Below, piece after piece: positions 13,021 through 27,495 of a DNA stretch of 64,000 nt (position 1 is the first letter of the stretch; every line of letters begins with the position of its first letter). The notes under the pieces are model-generated. The model saw only the letters and a list, made by a program, of their open reading frames with translations. It was not told the origin of the DNA and made no database searches. The stretch is from the NCBI RefSeq assembly GCF_009914755.1, contig NC_060942.1, one strand, 5' to 3'. This DNA comes from the human T2T-CHM13v2.0 reference genome, Homo sapiens. Both the position numbers and the translations under genes were made by a program.

Positions 13021-14372
13021 GCATAGAGTATAGAGCATATAAAACTTAACTTATAGAGTTTATATTATAGAGAAAAGACAGGACATACACAGAGGAGGTT
13101 AAATATACAAATCCGAATATGTTAAATGTTAAATAAATAGCAAAGACAGCGAAAAGTAGAAATACTGAGAGGGAGAATAAATTACTGTGGGTTTGGATAT
13201 TTACCTCTTAGTTCTTGAAGAATAAGTGAAATTAAAATAAGCAGAGAAGATTCCAGAAAGCTATTGGAAAAGAGTAGGATATCTTACGCAAAAGTTACAT
13301 ATAGAGACATAAGGTATACTTGGGAGACAATGAAAAGTTCCTTTTGTCTGGAACAAAGTGTTTGTATAAGAAAACAATAACTCCCATTGGCTGAGTTTTA
13401 CTTGAGGCTGATTCTAGAAGGTCTACATAGAAATCCGAATAAAAAGAAAACTTTATCCACCAGACAGCTTTTAAAGACCTGAAAAGTGTCGCTACAGAGC
13501 TCTTTATTACAATGATCTCCAAGGGTAGTTTTCCAGCCAGGCTCCAGTGAACTTGCCGTTACATAAATCATAACCAAAGTCCTGTCCTTTGGAAGACCAT
13601 CCATCACTTTCAGGAAAGAGGCATTTTTTAATATCAGCAAATTAAACACAAATGGATATTAAAAACTCCAACAGATGATTAATCAATAAAGGTGGAAGCA
13701 GAGGACCTTATTAGTTAGCTAGATATTAGCTGGTGTAGCTAAAGTGCTAGCTATAAAACTTGAAAATTAAAAATGATAGCACATGATGGGAGTGATGGGG
13801 AGCAGCTCAAAGAGATGTAAAATATGTCACTTTCCAGGATAAGCTCAAATTGAACAAAGTACTGAAGCTATAACCTGGTTCCTTAAATTCTCTTTTGAAT
13901 TCACTTGTTTCTAAAGGTTTTCTGCATGAGAAACTTGCAGTGTTGGAAGTTGTATTAGAAAGTCCTTTTCTAAGGGATCAGAACGATTCTAGGTGATAAT
14001 CTTTTACGGTCAGAGTTTTCAAAAATGGCAGAAACATGTGTCTTCCTTTCTGGGAAGAACCAGGGGTTTAGAAATCAGAAGCCACTTTTTTCCCAGAAAA
14101 TCATTAGCAAAAGCAGCCTTTGGTTCCCCTCCTTCTAAGCCCATTTGCTCAGGATTGCATGAATCTTTTCACCCTAGATAAAGAGAGAATAGTTGTAACA
14201 CACAGGGATGTAAATAATAAATGCTTTTATTGAAGTAAGGGAGAATAAAGTCATCTCAGTCTTAGAGAAAAATGGAGAAAACATAATTGTCAGCCTGGGT
14301 AGGACAGAATAGGGTTTTTTGTAACGACATAATAGTTACAATAACAATAGCAACAATAACAACCACGACAAC

Positions 14373-14620
14373 AATAACTAGTGCTTATGAGGAAGTGCCA
14401 GGTACTGTTTTCAGGATTTTATTTATAAGAATTCATTGGAAGCCTATTCATTAATTCATTGGAAGGCCACTGTACTATCAACCCCATTTGACAGACAAGA
14501 AAACCAAGATTCAAAGATGCTGAGTGATATGCCCATGATCACAACATTACTGAAGGAATGGACCAGGATTTAAATGCTGGTAGCAAGATCTCAAATCTTT
14601 ACTTTTAAGCACATACTATA
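14373..14620 (-). mobile_element. MIR
   Basis: gtgccaggtactgtt...ccccatttgacagacaagaaaaccaag, the antisense MIR core. Confidence 0.65.
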
Positions 14621-15731
14621 CGAAACAAACCCAGCCTCAGAGGAATGAACAGTCATGTCAATATTTGGGATGACATAGAGAAACAGTATGGCAACATCTG
14701 GCCTATGCTCCTAAGAAAACCTCCATGCTGTTGGCATATGATTTTAAGGAAAGGGGAGATGAACTTTTCTGATTTTCTATTTTGGTTCTAGGTAAATCAT
14801 ATATAACAAATTTATTTGGAAAAGATAATCAGAAAAAAGAGCACTAACAAGATCAGCTTTGATGCTTTGGTAATTGTAATTTCCTTATCATTTGTCTCTC
14901 TTTGCCTTTCTGAAGGTGTGGGCTCAGGCTAGTTCTATGACTCTAGCATCCAGAATGATGGCTGGAAAGCTATAGAACTCAATACATCTATACTGCATAT
15001 TAAATGAATGAATGATTCAGTTTAAACCTCCTTAACAGAGTGTGATTTCCAAGGTTATAATGATCTATAAGCAAGTTTTTATTTACTCCCCTTTCATTTA
15101 GAAATGAACATTACATTAAGTAACGTAAGCTTGCATTTTTAATCTTGTATATATTAATGTATTTCTTCCTCACCTTAACTGTCAGTCATTTTATTAATAT
15201 AAACTATCAGTCTTTTTGTTAATATAATAAAAAATAATAACTTCAGACATTTATCAAATACCTATATACAGATGACACTTGTTTATTTGGATTATTAAAT
15301 TTAATCTTCATATTTCCCCTACATCATAGGTTCTGTTTCAAAAAGTCTTAAACTCAATGGGAGTATAAGCATCAGAAGATCATAAACACATGTGTATTTG
15401 TGTATTTTGTCTCTCTATAATATCAAGAGCCATGTATGCTCTCTTTTGCTGCATAACATTAAAATCACAATCTTGCAGGGTTTTTTTCTGACAAATTTGC
15501 ATAGAATAATCCATTTCAATTGATGGCAAAATCATTTTTGGCTTAGGCCCCAACGCTCTCCTATCAATCACTAAATGCTTTTGGCATTTCTTTCAAAATA
15601 TAACTAGAGTCTTATCACTTCTCATCTCTACTGCTACAGCCCTGAATCTCACAACCCACTGGCAAGGCTGGTATTATTTTCCATACTTTAGAGATAAATA
15701 CATTGAAGCTTCACAAGTTTAGGTAACTTTA

Positions 15732-16600
15732 TTTCATTTATTCACTAGGCAGTTGGGAGAATAAAACAGATATTCTAGTGTTGGGGAAGGCCAACAATAA
15801 CTAGTAACATAATCAGTTATTACACTGGAAAGCAATAGGTGCTATAGAAAGAAAAAGTGGACCAAAGAAACGGAGATTTGGATGTGGTAGAAAGGTGAGG
15901 TTTTTCAATAGAATAGGCTGGTGCGGACAGGTCCATTGATGCGACAATAGGAGAGAGATGCTTGAAAAAGATAGAGTAAGCCAAGCAGATATCTGGAGAA
16001 AAGTATCCCAGGCAGAGGAAAAAGCTAACACAAAGACCCTAAAAGGGAAGTGTGCCTGTCTGGCATATTTTAGGAACAGCATGGAAGCTGATATTTCTGA
16101 AGTAGAGAGAGCAAGAGGGAGGTTAGTAGGACATGAGATCACAGAAGTGACATTGGCTGTTAAAAGTGCTGTGAGTGAAACAAGAGCCATGGTAGAGTTT
16201 AAAGCACAGTAATGACAAATCTGACTTGTAGCTTAAAAGGACCACTCTAGCTGCTGTGTTAATAAATTGTAGGAGACAATTGAAACATGGAGAAGGGCTA
16301 GTGCAAAACTATAGATACAGGAAAAAGAGGATGGTAAGTTAGAATTCAATTCACAACTGAGTTTTGAAAAAAGGACACCTCTGGATATACATAGAAGACA
16401 AAACCAAGGAAATTACTTATGAACTGGATGTGGAAGTATGAAGGAAAGAGGAGTAAAGCATCAGGGCAATGTTTTGGACCTGCACAATTGGAAAGATGGA
16501 GTTGCTATCAATTGATATGAGGGAGGCTGGGGGTAAACAAGTTTGAAAAGAAGATCGGTGGTTTAGTTTTGGGGAATTTTAGTCTGCATTTCTGGACTTC
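15732..16600 (-). mobile_element. L2 fragment
   Basis: ttcatttattca 3' end followed by the purine-rich antisense L2 body (ccaggcagaggaaaaagc...aaagaccct; gagccatggtagagttttaaagca). Confidence 0.7.
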
Positions 16601-16670
16601 AGAATCCCCCAGTGCCATCACTGCCTTCTCCCTTCCTTGAAAGGAGACTACGTAGGTGATCTTTTCCTTT

Positions 16671-16812
16671 TGTGTGTGTATGTGTGTGTATATACACACA
16701 CATGCACAGACATATATGTGTGTGTGTTTGTATTCACACATAAATATGTGCACATATATATATTTTCTGTCTGTGTATAATGTATGTGTGTGTATATATA
16801 TATATCTATATA
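16671..16812. repeat. Degenerate (TG)/(TA)/(CA) low-complexity tract
   Basis: Visible alternating dinucleotides. Confidence 0.85.
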
Positions 16813-18337
16813 TAAATTCTAACACGATTCACTTATAGTAATGAACATGTAGACTTTTAATTGAGGACTATTAGGAATAATGCCATTGTAAACATTTTAA
16901 CCATGCCTCTTTGTTCATACGTATGTTAAATTCTGTTGAGTATATATAGCTAAGAGTAGAATTGCTAAACCATCTGATCAAGTTACATATTTCTTCATCT
17001 TGGTACCAAGTGTCAAATTATTTTGTACAGTGGCTGTATGAATTCTTACTCTCATTATGCCCTACCTCTTCGTTAGCAGTGTAGTCTTTTTAAATTTTTG
17101 TCATTTTAATTATGTCTAATTATCCAGACATAAATTTAGATATAAATGTTATCTAGATAAAAATTTAATTTAATACAAAGACATAAAGGTATATAAATTA
17201 TACTGAAGCCATGTGACTGGATAAAATACCATAGGAAATTAAAATGAGAAGAAGCCCTGTGTCGTGCAACATTAAGAGATCTAGAAGAAGAGGAAGAATC
17301 AGCAAAGTCACTTGATTAATTAGTGGGAGAACTGAATTTCAATGCATGCCTGTCCCTCTTCAAAGTCCATGCTGTTTCAAACATGCCAGGCTGTCTCAGA
17401 ATTACATTCAGAAAATATATAAATAAGCTAAGAATGGCAGACCACTTGTATTCCTGTCATAGCAAAGTATTTTAGGTAAAAATGTTTTCAATTTGCTTTT
17501 CTGTGATGAAGTGGAAGGCAAATTTTTTTAAGGGCAGAAAAAATATTAAAGGCTTTTGTGGGGTGGCTCTAAAGAAAGTGTGAAAGCTGATATTAGATCG
17601 TTTAAGCTCATTCATTAAGACGGAGCAAGTAGAAAAGAGTGGGTAGCTAGCTAAACAAAAAATAGACAAAATAGGAAGGAAAAACTTTTAATCCTAGATA
17701 GTAAAGTTGTTTTCTGTATGTTTATTTGCTTTTCATTTTGTTGTTTTGTTTGTTTTCTAATAACGGCAACAACTTTGCCCATGAAATAAGTTTTGCCTTC
17801 TTGATTTTACAGCTTCCTGACATCAGGGAGAAGTGATGCTTTGATTTGAATCTAGTCCTATTTGAGATTCTATGGTCTTCTCTTCTTAGGATTTCCTCTT
17901 ATCAAAATTAAAATTAAATCTTATGCAGAATGATTTTTACCCTCCCAGGAAACATATGTGGAAACATGTGGCTAATTCAGAATTCAGTGTTGCAACTACA
18001 ATCTACCTCAGTTTTTCTTAGTGTTGACCAAGAAACAATTGTTCTTTGTTATGTTAGTAAACATTCTGAACTTAGAACCATGGGGGTAAACAATGTTCTG
18101 AAGTCTTATTTGCTGAGATCTTCTTATAACATTTTATAAAATACTTTCTTTTCTCCTCCTCACTCCAACCCTCAGGAAACCCTTTTTTTTTTTTTTTTTT
18201 TTTTTTCCGGAGAGTAGTCCACAGTTCTGGTGTGCGGTGGAAAAAGGTTTCGGAAATAAAACATGAGCTATTTTCATGGTTTCATATGTCAGTTATCCTA
18301 ATCTTTTGCTTTCAAGGAATGTGTACACTGCTTCTGA

Positions 18338-18722
<385 letters not shown>

Positions 18723-19650
18723 TGACTATCTGCCATGTTTTGATGGACAAACTTCCTGTGGTCTATTTGTGTTTCCGAACATCCTAAACACTGTGTGGGC
18801 TTATTGGCCTTCAAATCCATGGTCACCAAAGATTGTTAATGCTGGCCTGAGTCTAGGTTGTTCCCAAGCCACACCCTTACCCTATACTTACATACCTGCC
18901 ACTTCTCTCTTGGTACCAGTTTCTTTCTCTATTATTCATGGCTCTATTGTGAACTTTTAGAATATTGCTTAGTTTTATTTTACTACATATGCCCGGTGTC
19001 TTACTTTCTGAATTTCCTCAAAGATGAAAAAGGGTATTATGTTTATAAATATTTTTGAAGATTTACTCCCATAAGTATCACGGGAAAAGAAAGACAATAT
19101 AAAATCTATTTCCTACTCCTCATGAATTTGCTATTAAAACAGGAAAATTAAACATAAAGAGATAACAAATTAAATACAAATTCAAACTTTAAATAACATC
19201 TTAAGACCACAAGCCAGATGCTCAAAGAAACTGTGTAACTGTAAATAGTTATTGGAAGGGATAATAATCAGAAAGAATTTTAAGTGTTATAAAGAAGAGA
19301 GAAGATATTAGACTGGAGTAGACAGGGAAGATATTAAAGAGCAAGAAGTATTTGTGCAGAATCTGAAAGGACAGATCAAATCGAACAAATTGAGGGAAAG
19401 GAGGAGAGAGCTTATTTTAAAATAACTTCGTGATTGGGGAACAAAAAGTAAAATAGTTTGTCTAGAAGGTAGATGACAGTGATGGAAGGACATGTCTGGG
19501 TCTATTTCAATTCTAAAATGACGGTGTTGGAATAAAGTAAGATATCTTAGTTGTTTGGGGAGGAGAAGAATCAAAATGGTATTTCAGGACGGTGGTATGA
19601 AGTGGTATGAAGAGCAGGTAAGAGTGGGATATGGGGGTTTAAAAGATGAT

Positions 19651-20318
19651 AGAAGAAATCCCACTACTGGGTATTTATCTAAAGAAAAAGGAGTCAGTAT
19701 ATCAAAAGGATACCTACACCCCCAAGTTTATTGCACCACTACGCACAGTAACTGAGATATGGAATACAACGGAACGCCCATCAACAGATAAATGGATAAA
19801 GGAAATGTCATATACATACACAATGGAATGCTATTCAGACATGAAAAAAGAATGAAATCCTGTCATTTGCCACAACATGGATGAACCTGGAGGACATAAC
19901 GTTAAGTAAACTAAATCAGGCATAGAAAGATAAATACCAAAAGTTCTCACTTGTAAATGAAATCTAAAAAAGTTGATATAGAAGTAGAACTGTGGTCATT
20001 AGAGGCTGGGAAGAGAGAGGGAGGGTAGGATGGGGAGAGTTTGGTTAACAGATACAAAATCACAGCTAGATGGGAGGAATGAGTTCTGGTGTTCCACAGC
20101 GCTATATAATGAATGTGGTTGGCTATAATTTATTGTGTATTTTCAAAAAGTTAGAGAGGATTTTAATGTTCACAGCACAAAGAAGTAATAAATGTTTGAG
20201 GTGATAGATATCCTAATTACCATTATTTGATCATTATACATTGTATACACCTATGAAAATAACACATAAATACATATGATTATTACTTGTCAACTAAAAA
20301 TGAAAGGGAAAAAAAAAG
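19651..20318 (+). mobile_element. L1MA 3' end
   Basis: ORF2 tail peptide (IPLLGIYLK...KWIKEMSYTYTMECYS) followed by an L1MA-type 3' UTR and A tail. Confidence 0.85.
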
Positions 20319-20837
20319 ATGCTGAGGTATTCCAGACTTCTGTTACTCAGAATTTGCCAATATAAAATCCCTAATATTTTTCCACTGATTTCAGTCCTAA
20401 GATAATTATATTGGAATAAAGTATGAAATATTTCTAAACAGTAAATAAATAAATAAATAAATATAATAGGCAGGAACCAATTAGCTGAAGTTTTTACAAT
20501 TTCAAATAAAAGATGTGCCCTTTTGCTACCAAATAAAGAGCCTGATTTCTTCAATTAAACAAAAATCTGTATCCATGTAGCTTATTATTAGCTTTTCCTG
20601 CAACCATTAAATATGACTCTTACCCTTTAAATGTTCAGTGTTGCTACTATGGAGAATGGAAGACATGTCATATTACTCAAAATTTATTAAAACAATACAC
20701 AAATTGGAAAAATTAATTTCAGTCTGGATTCAAGCAGAGGCATGCTCTGTTAAAAGCCATAGCCCCTCTAATCAGGCCCTTTGTGGGCTATTGTAGCAGG
20801 CAATTGTCCTCCAGTCCTTTCTCTAACAGGCAGTGTG

Positions 20838-20838
<1 letters not shown>

Positions 20839-20890
<52 letters not shown>

Positions 20891-20897
20891 TGTGTGT
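20839..20897. repeat. Interrupted (TG)n microsatellite
   Basis: About 29 TG units with two TT interruptions. Confidence 0.95.
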
Positions 20898-21169
20898 GGT
20901 ATGGGTCAATTAGGATGAATAAAGGGATTGTTTACTAAGGTAACTAGTAAACTACTTTTATTACTGTCACTGAAATTACCACTCAGGAGACCAAAGCAGA
21001 AACTAATCAATATAAGGATCTAGAGAGCAAGAACAAGAATAGAGCAGGTGCATATACAATGGCAGTTTTACAATATTCAACCCAAATTGTATTTTCCTAG
21101 GACCTATCTGAAATATGTGTCACTACTCTTCCCTATGTTACAGAGGTAAACTGCCTTAGGTGGAGGCAT

Positions 21170-21290
21170 GGAAGGAAGGAACAAAAAAAGGAAGGGAGGA
21201 AGGGAGGAAGAGAGGAAGGGAGGAAGAGAGGAAGGGAGGAAGAGAGGAAGGGAGGAAGGAAGGAAGAAAGGGAGGGAGGGAGGGAGGGAA
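21170..21290. repeat. (GGAA/GGGA)n purine tract
   Basis: Nearly pure A/G on +; 16-mer agaggaagggaggaag three times at 21211-21258. Confidence 0.9.
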
Positions 21291-21724
21291 TGAGCAGTTT
21301 TAATGAAGGTGTAATATTGGGCAATATAATCTATAGTTTTTATTTAGTATTTTCCAATGTCATCTACCCAGCAATTCTCTGAGGATATTTTAATTAAAGC
21401 CCTTAATGAGGAAAAGGGAGACTCAAAGAGCTTAAGTGACCTGTGCAACGTCAAGTGTTGTTAAGGGTAAATAAATAAAAACAAAGCTATCCATTTACGT
21501 TATAAACTTTGTCCCACAGTTTGTGCCAGGCTATGTAATTAATATTCTGAGTATGAACCGTTACAGTAGTTATTATTGTCATCCCCATTTTACAGATGAG
21601 AAAAGACAAATATGGATTTCCTGGGTTACCCAAACCCCCAGTTCACATTATTCTGTCATCACTTCTATGGTAGGGCTTCATTCTACAGATTGAAGGTTGA
21701 TCAAAATAATATATGGTAACGAGC

Positions 21725-21960
21725 ACAGTGGACAGTGGTTAAGGGCCTCAGCTCTGGCAGTGGTTGAGTCCTGCATAGTCACCTCAGGCTCTGGGTTCCT
21801 GAGTGAATTACTCACCATCTTCAAGCTTTATTGTTCTCATCTATTAATTAGAGATATTAACCACACCCACACTTCTGGGTTTAGTGAGACTTAATAAATT
21901 AACATATTTAGTGCATTTTGAACAGGGTCAGGTATATGCAAAACTCAGAAGTGTTCACTT
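21725..21960 (+). mobile_element. MIR
   Basis: acagtggttaagggcctcagctctgg...tgagtgaattactcacc matches the MIR 5' end and core. Confidence 0.6.
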
Positions 21961-23651
21961 TTATTTTGCCATTCATTGCAGGAAGAAATTGAAAGAATAA
22001 TAGTTTGGACAAAACAAGAAACATTCCTCTTTTGTGAATGCACGCAGATTTATGAACACAAACACACACTTTATTGCTCATTTTAAAGCATATTAAGAGG
22101 AAATGTGAACTGGTAAAGTGTCTAAGGACTTCTGATTCATTCAATAAGTGACTACCCAAACATTGATTTTCACATATACAAGAAATCTTCTGATAAAGAA
22201 CTTCCCTCATCCACCACCACCACAACTTCTCTAACTATAATTGTTAAAAATCTTTATTCGGCGTTCCATTGTAAGACCACAAATTATCTACACTATCTCA
22301 TTTCAGTTCAATTAAAGATTTTTTCCTGGGACTGCAAATATAGTTTTCTCTCTGATTTCCTTTTCAATGCAACATCTCCAGGGAGGCCCCAGTCCCCCAC
22401 TCCCCCTTCGGCTTTACATCCTTCATGCATACTTTAGGAAGAATCAGGTTTCTATCTGCCCAATACACATGGCAGTGGCAGGATGCTGAAATGCTTGGAG
22501 TATTTGGGGACCAGAACTATCAATACTCTCACGCTGAAGCTGTGGTGTTAGCTGAAGTAGAATTATAGTAGGCAGAAAGGGCAGAAATGATGGTCTGGCA
22601 GAGTGACTAGCAATGGCACTTAGCTGGTCCCTGCTGAGCAATGAGAAGGACAGGTAGCACTGTTTGGTCAGGGTCACCAGAAAGCTGGTATTTATTTATG
22701 AGGAAAGCCCAAGTGATTGAGTAGATATCATTGATGGGCTTTGCAAATAGCCAGATTCATTGATAAAAGTGCACCTTCCATGTCTGTGAGCAGTACAGAG
22801 GACCACCGTCTGTCAATGTGTACAGTCGCAATCCCACCACACTGCAAACACACACACGCACAGAAATAATCGGTCATAGGCAGCAGGTTGATCTCCAGTG
22901 AGATTTTATGCTGGTTTATGGGAGGCAAAATGGCCTATTGGAAAAATTCATGCTCTAGAAAGTCAGGAGACTCTAGTCCCAACGCTACAGATGAACAGCT
23001 GAACAATGTATGGTAGGTCATTTTATCTTTCTAAGCCATAGTTCTCATTGCTTCCAAAATACCTCCCATGCATCTCTATCATTGCCTCACAAGTCTGTTT
23101 ATACATCTTGTTTGTTACCCTGGTGGACAGGGCAGAGGCTGTGTCTAATTCTTGGTCATATCTGTGGGCTTTTCACAGGTCTAGGCGTGCACGCGTGCGT
23201 GCACGCATACACACACAAACACTCTTTTGTCAGTTTCTATTAATTATTCCAAAATGTATATGTTTAAAGAAAGTATGCTTCCCTAAGCAAATCAGCACCT
23301 AATTTCAAAAATCGGTATGGTTTACTCAGCACCCTGTTTACTTTCTTTGTTTGCATGATCCCAGGTTTCAATAAATTCCTATAATTACTGGGTTACTTGG
23401 TTTTCTCAAGTTGAAAGGAATTGTCACCTTCTCTCTATGTGGTTGAGGCCCCCAGGGGTCTCTGAATAGACAAGAACAAACCAGTCTTTGGCACCTCCAT
23501 GCTAAATTGTTTAGTCAGAGCTCCTCATGCCACTCACTACCCCATCTAATAAGCGTAGCACTCTCCGTTGTTTGTGTAGAAAATTAAAAATATTAAAATA
23601 TTTTCATATAGACGATTTTGTGTGATGTTTAAAATACATGCATGAAAATGT

Positions 23652-23955
23652 GGCCGGGTGCAGTGGCTCACGCCTGTAACCCCAGCCCTTTGGAAGTCCG
23701 AGGCGGGTGGATGACGAGGTCAGGAGATCGAGACCATCCTGGCTAACACGGTGATACCCCGTCTCTACTAAAAATACAAAAAAAAAAAAAAATTAACCGG
23801 GCATGGTGGCGGGTGACTGTAGTCCCAGTTATTCGGGGAGGCTGAGGCAGGATAATGGTGTGAACCCAGGAGGCAGAGCTTGCAGTGAGCCGAGATTGCA
23901 CCAGTGCACTCCAGCCTGAGTGATAGAACGAGACTCCATCTCAAAAAAAAAAAAA
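23652..23955 (+). mobile_element. AluY-type
   Basis: Diagnostic gagatcgagaccatcctggctaacacggtga and aatggtgtgaaccc...gagcttgcagtgagccgagat; poly-A. Confidence 0.93.
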
Positions 23956-26604
23956 TGCAGCTGAAGTTAGAACTCAGGTTCACTGTATCATGTCTTCAAA
24001 AAATAAAAACTTTCAGGTGAGAAAATAAAAATAATGTAAACATCGAACTTAGACATCCATATGTAGGCACATTAGGTTCATCATTTAATATCTATGTGCC
24101 TTGGGCCATATTACGTGTGTGTGTGTGTGTGTGTGTGTACCTCAGTTTTCTCACTTATAAAACGCAGACAGTAAAGCCTTCCTCACAAGATCAAGGCAGG
24201 GTGAGGGGTATAGTAAGGCAAGGGAATGTGACAGACCATCAGCCAGCAAAACACCAAAGCAAATGCGTGAACGTAAAGAGCTCAGCAACATGTGGGCTCA
24301 TTGAGGGATTATTACATGCTCGTTCATCTCCAGTCATAGATGGGGCAGACATATCATATAGTACTCATGTAGAGCTGTAGAAACTCTCTTTCATCAATTT
24401 AAAATCTACAGAGTGCATATAATCTTGGAGATGTTGTCAATCAAAGCCTTTCGCCTGAATTCTGTTTTCAGTCATTATTTGAGTGAGTAGATACCAATTT
24501 ACTCTTTTACTGAGCCTTATTTAGACCTCTTGGCTAATGCTTCCTGACAGTATTGCAGTGAGTGATGGTCTGCAGTACAACTGAGGTGGTAACAATTAAG
24601 GGTGAGAACAGAAGGCCCTGGAATCTTAAAATCTTTTTGCTTTCCCCTTGTTTATTTTGTTTCTTTTGCCTTACAGTCCACAGGGTTAGGATAACGCATG
24701 GCCACGATGTGACAATTGTTGAGCTTTGTCAGACTCAAAGTTCTGCTAATGAAGTAAAATACAGAGGCTGTGGGACATGAATGATGCACTTGGTTGCTTG
24801 CCTGGATTTAATTCATCAGATAAAGGCTCAACTTCCTACCTGCTTTCCTAATTCACTGAGGTGGAAGGAATTGGTTGTGTGCTGCTTTCCGTTTACCTCA
24901 GAGATATTGTTACTGCTTTCTCTTTATAAAATCCTGCTACATGAAACTGAATTTGCAGAGGCAACAAACTGCACATGGCCGTGGGAGAGAATATGTTTGT
25001 TTATTTTAGAAATCAGTTTTTTCTTTACAAAGAATTCACAATGGAAACATTCTAATAAATTCTGAGTTCCCTAATCCTTTTTGGGTTTTCAGTTTATTTG
25101 TGTTGTGTAACTTTTTCACAGTTAACTGAAGCATCTATTGAGCAAATCTCAAAAGATATTTTTTCAACTACCACTTAGAGACACTAAATTATCAAGATGC
25201 TGCCATTAAAAATTATAAGCCTTCAGATCCCTTTGTGCCCCTGTATACACTGTTTATGTTCAATTCTTTCCCTTGGATCTCCCCATACTTTTCTTCTTCA
25301 GCATCAAAAAAATCCTCCTCATCCTTTAAGACATAATTTAAATACCATCTATGCTGTGATTTCTTCTCAACTTTCACATCTCTTATAGCCACCCCTTATA
25401 CTGAGTTTCCAAAGCTCTTACATCAGAAGCCTAATATAAACTTATTGTTTTGTATTACACATTACAGCAAATTTTCCACCATGAGATGGTGCACTCCCAG
25501 AGGTCAGGAATCACCTGAAATCATAGTTGTGAATAACACTCCCTCCCTGCTCAATGACTTGCATAGTGTTTCATACATATTTCACATTTGAAGATGTATG
25601 TTAAGACAACATTTCACCAAATAATTCCAAGATGTGTCCTAGGGACCAGAGAAGGACATAAAGTTCTCATCTGACATTGGGAACCTTTTTCTGCTTTTCC
25701 CATACAATTTGATAGAAAAACAATTTAGATGTAGAAAGCCTGTGTTCATGTCCAGTCCTTATTTTCTGACTTTCCTACTAGACAAATCTCTTGATAGTTC
25801 TGTGCTTAGATACCTCTCCTACTTGCCTTCTTACTTTGTGATCAAATAAGATCATAATCAGAATAAGTAAAATGTTATTTTTACCCCAATTTTATGCGAT
25901 AATATCTTATTTTGCAAAATATGATCATTATGAATCTTAAATTATTTAAATCTTAAAACATTATCATTATGTTAAGTGTATGCCTGTATACGAATATTTC
26001 CTTAACTCCATATATATATATACCCACTATGTACCCATAAAAATAAAAAAAATCAGTAAAATAAAAACCTACTAACTTAGAATAAATCCCAAATGCAGAT
26101 ATTTTCCAAAATACCTGGAAAATAAGATATTATTTTTATTAAATAAAATCTGTTGAATAAATTTGATTCTGAACTTGGAGAACCAGATGTGAAGCCAAGG
26201 AAGACAATATTTCATCATGCTCTGGCATTGAGGAACGGCCTTGCTGTTTCAAACCACAGTGACAAAGGTCAATATTTGAAACTGTTATAAGGATTGTTTA
26301 GGCTCCATAAAACTTTAAAACTGTAACCATGAGATTATTTTTATTTTTATTTTTTAGGGTGGGTGAGTGGCGGGCAGTGGAACAAAATGAGATAGAAGGC
26401 TAAAAGAAGATGCCTAAAAGATGCCTAACATACTGAACTTTATTGGATAATTTGTCTTTTTTGTTGTTTTCTTTTGGTTTTAGTTGTAATCACAGTTTGT
26501 AATATAAGTTTCTATTCTACTGTCATTTAATGTTATTTCACTGAATGTGTATGTGTGTATATATATGTGTGTTGTTTCTTAAGTAGTTTTCTCGTCATGA
26601 GTCT

Positions 26605-27495
26605 TATTTTTAAAATAAACTTTATTGTGTATATTTAAGGTATACAATATGATGTTGTGGGATACACATAGATAGTAAAATATTTACTATAGGAAAACAA
26701 ATTAGCATATCCATCATTTCACATAGCTACTTTTTATAGGGGGTGGCAGTATCAGCAGCTAAAATCTACTAATTTATGCAGCACTAGCAACAATAGCCAA
26801 GATTTGGAAGTAACTTAAGTGTCCATCAACAGAAGAATGAATAAAATAAATGTGGTATATATACACAATGGAATACTATTCAGCTATATAAAAGAATGAG
26901 ATCCAGTCATTTGCAACAGCATGCATGGAAATGGAGATCATTGTGTCAAGTGAAATAAGCCAGACACAGAAAGACAAACTTTGCATGGTCTCATTCATTT
27001 GTGGAAGTTAAAAATTAAAACAATTTAATTCATGGAGATAGTAGAATGATGGCTACCAGAGGCTGGAAAGGGTAGTAGGAAGAGGGAGTGGAGATGGTTA
27101 ATGGGTACAAAATTGTGGTTAGATGGAATGAATAAGATCTAACATTTGATAGCACAACAGGGTCATTATCATCACAAATAAGTTATTGTACATTTTAAAA
27201 TAACAAAAAAGTATAATGGAAGATTTATAACACAAATAAATGATGAATGTTTGAGGTGATGGATACACCATACCCTGATGTGATTATTACACACTGTATG
27301 CCTGTATCCAAATATCTCATGTACTCCATAAATATATACATGTATAAAATATATACACCTACTATGTACAAATAAACATAAAAAAATCTACTAATTTAGC
27401 ATAAACCCCAAATAAAATATTATTACCTCTAGTCCTCATCCTATACATTAGATCTCTATACTTGTTCCTCCTAAATGTCTGCTACTTTGTATACA
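26605..27495 (-). mobile_element. Old L1MA 3' end (host element, interrupted at 26777-27382)
   Basis: tttattgtgtatatttaaggtatacaatatgatg...agctaaaatctact, resuming ...ctagtcctcatcctatacattagatctct. Confidence 0.75.
26777..27382 (+). mobile_element. Younger L1MA 3' end nested in the older L1
   Basis: Sense L1 3' end with perfect 16-bp TSD aaaatctactaattta at 26761-26776 and 27383-27398. Confidence 0.88.

Noticed and set aside
26406-26429. Short local tandem duplications (aagatgcctaa twice; others near 770, 6880, 14435 and 27480)
   Set aside because: Ordinary replication-slippage duplications with no sign of function.
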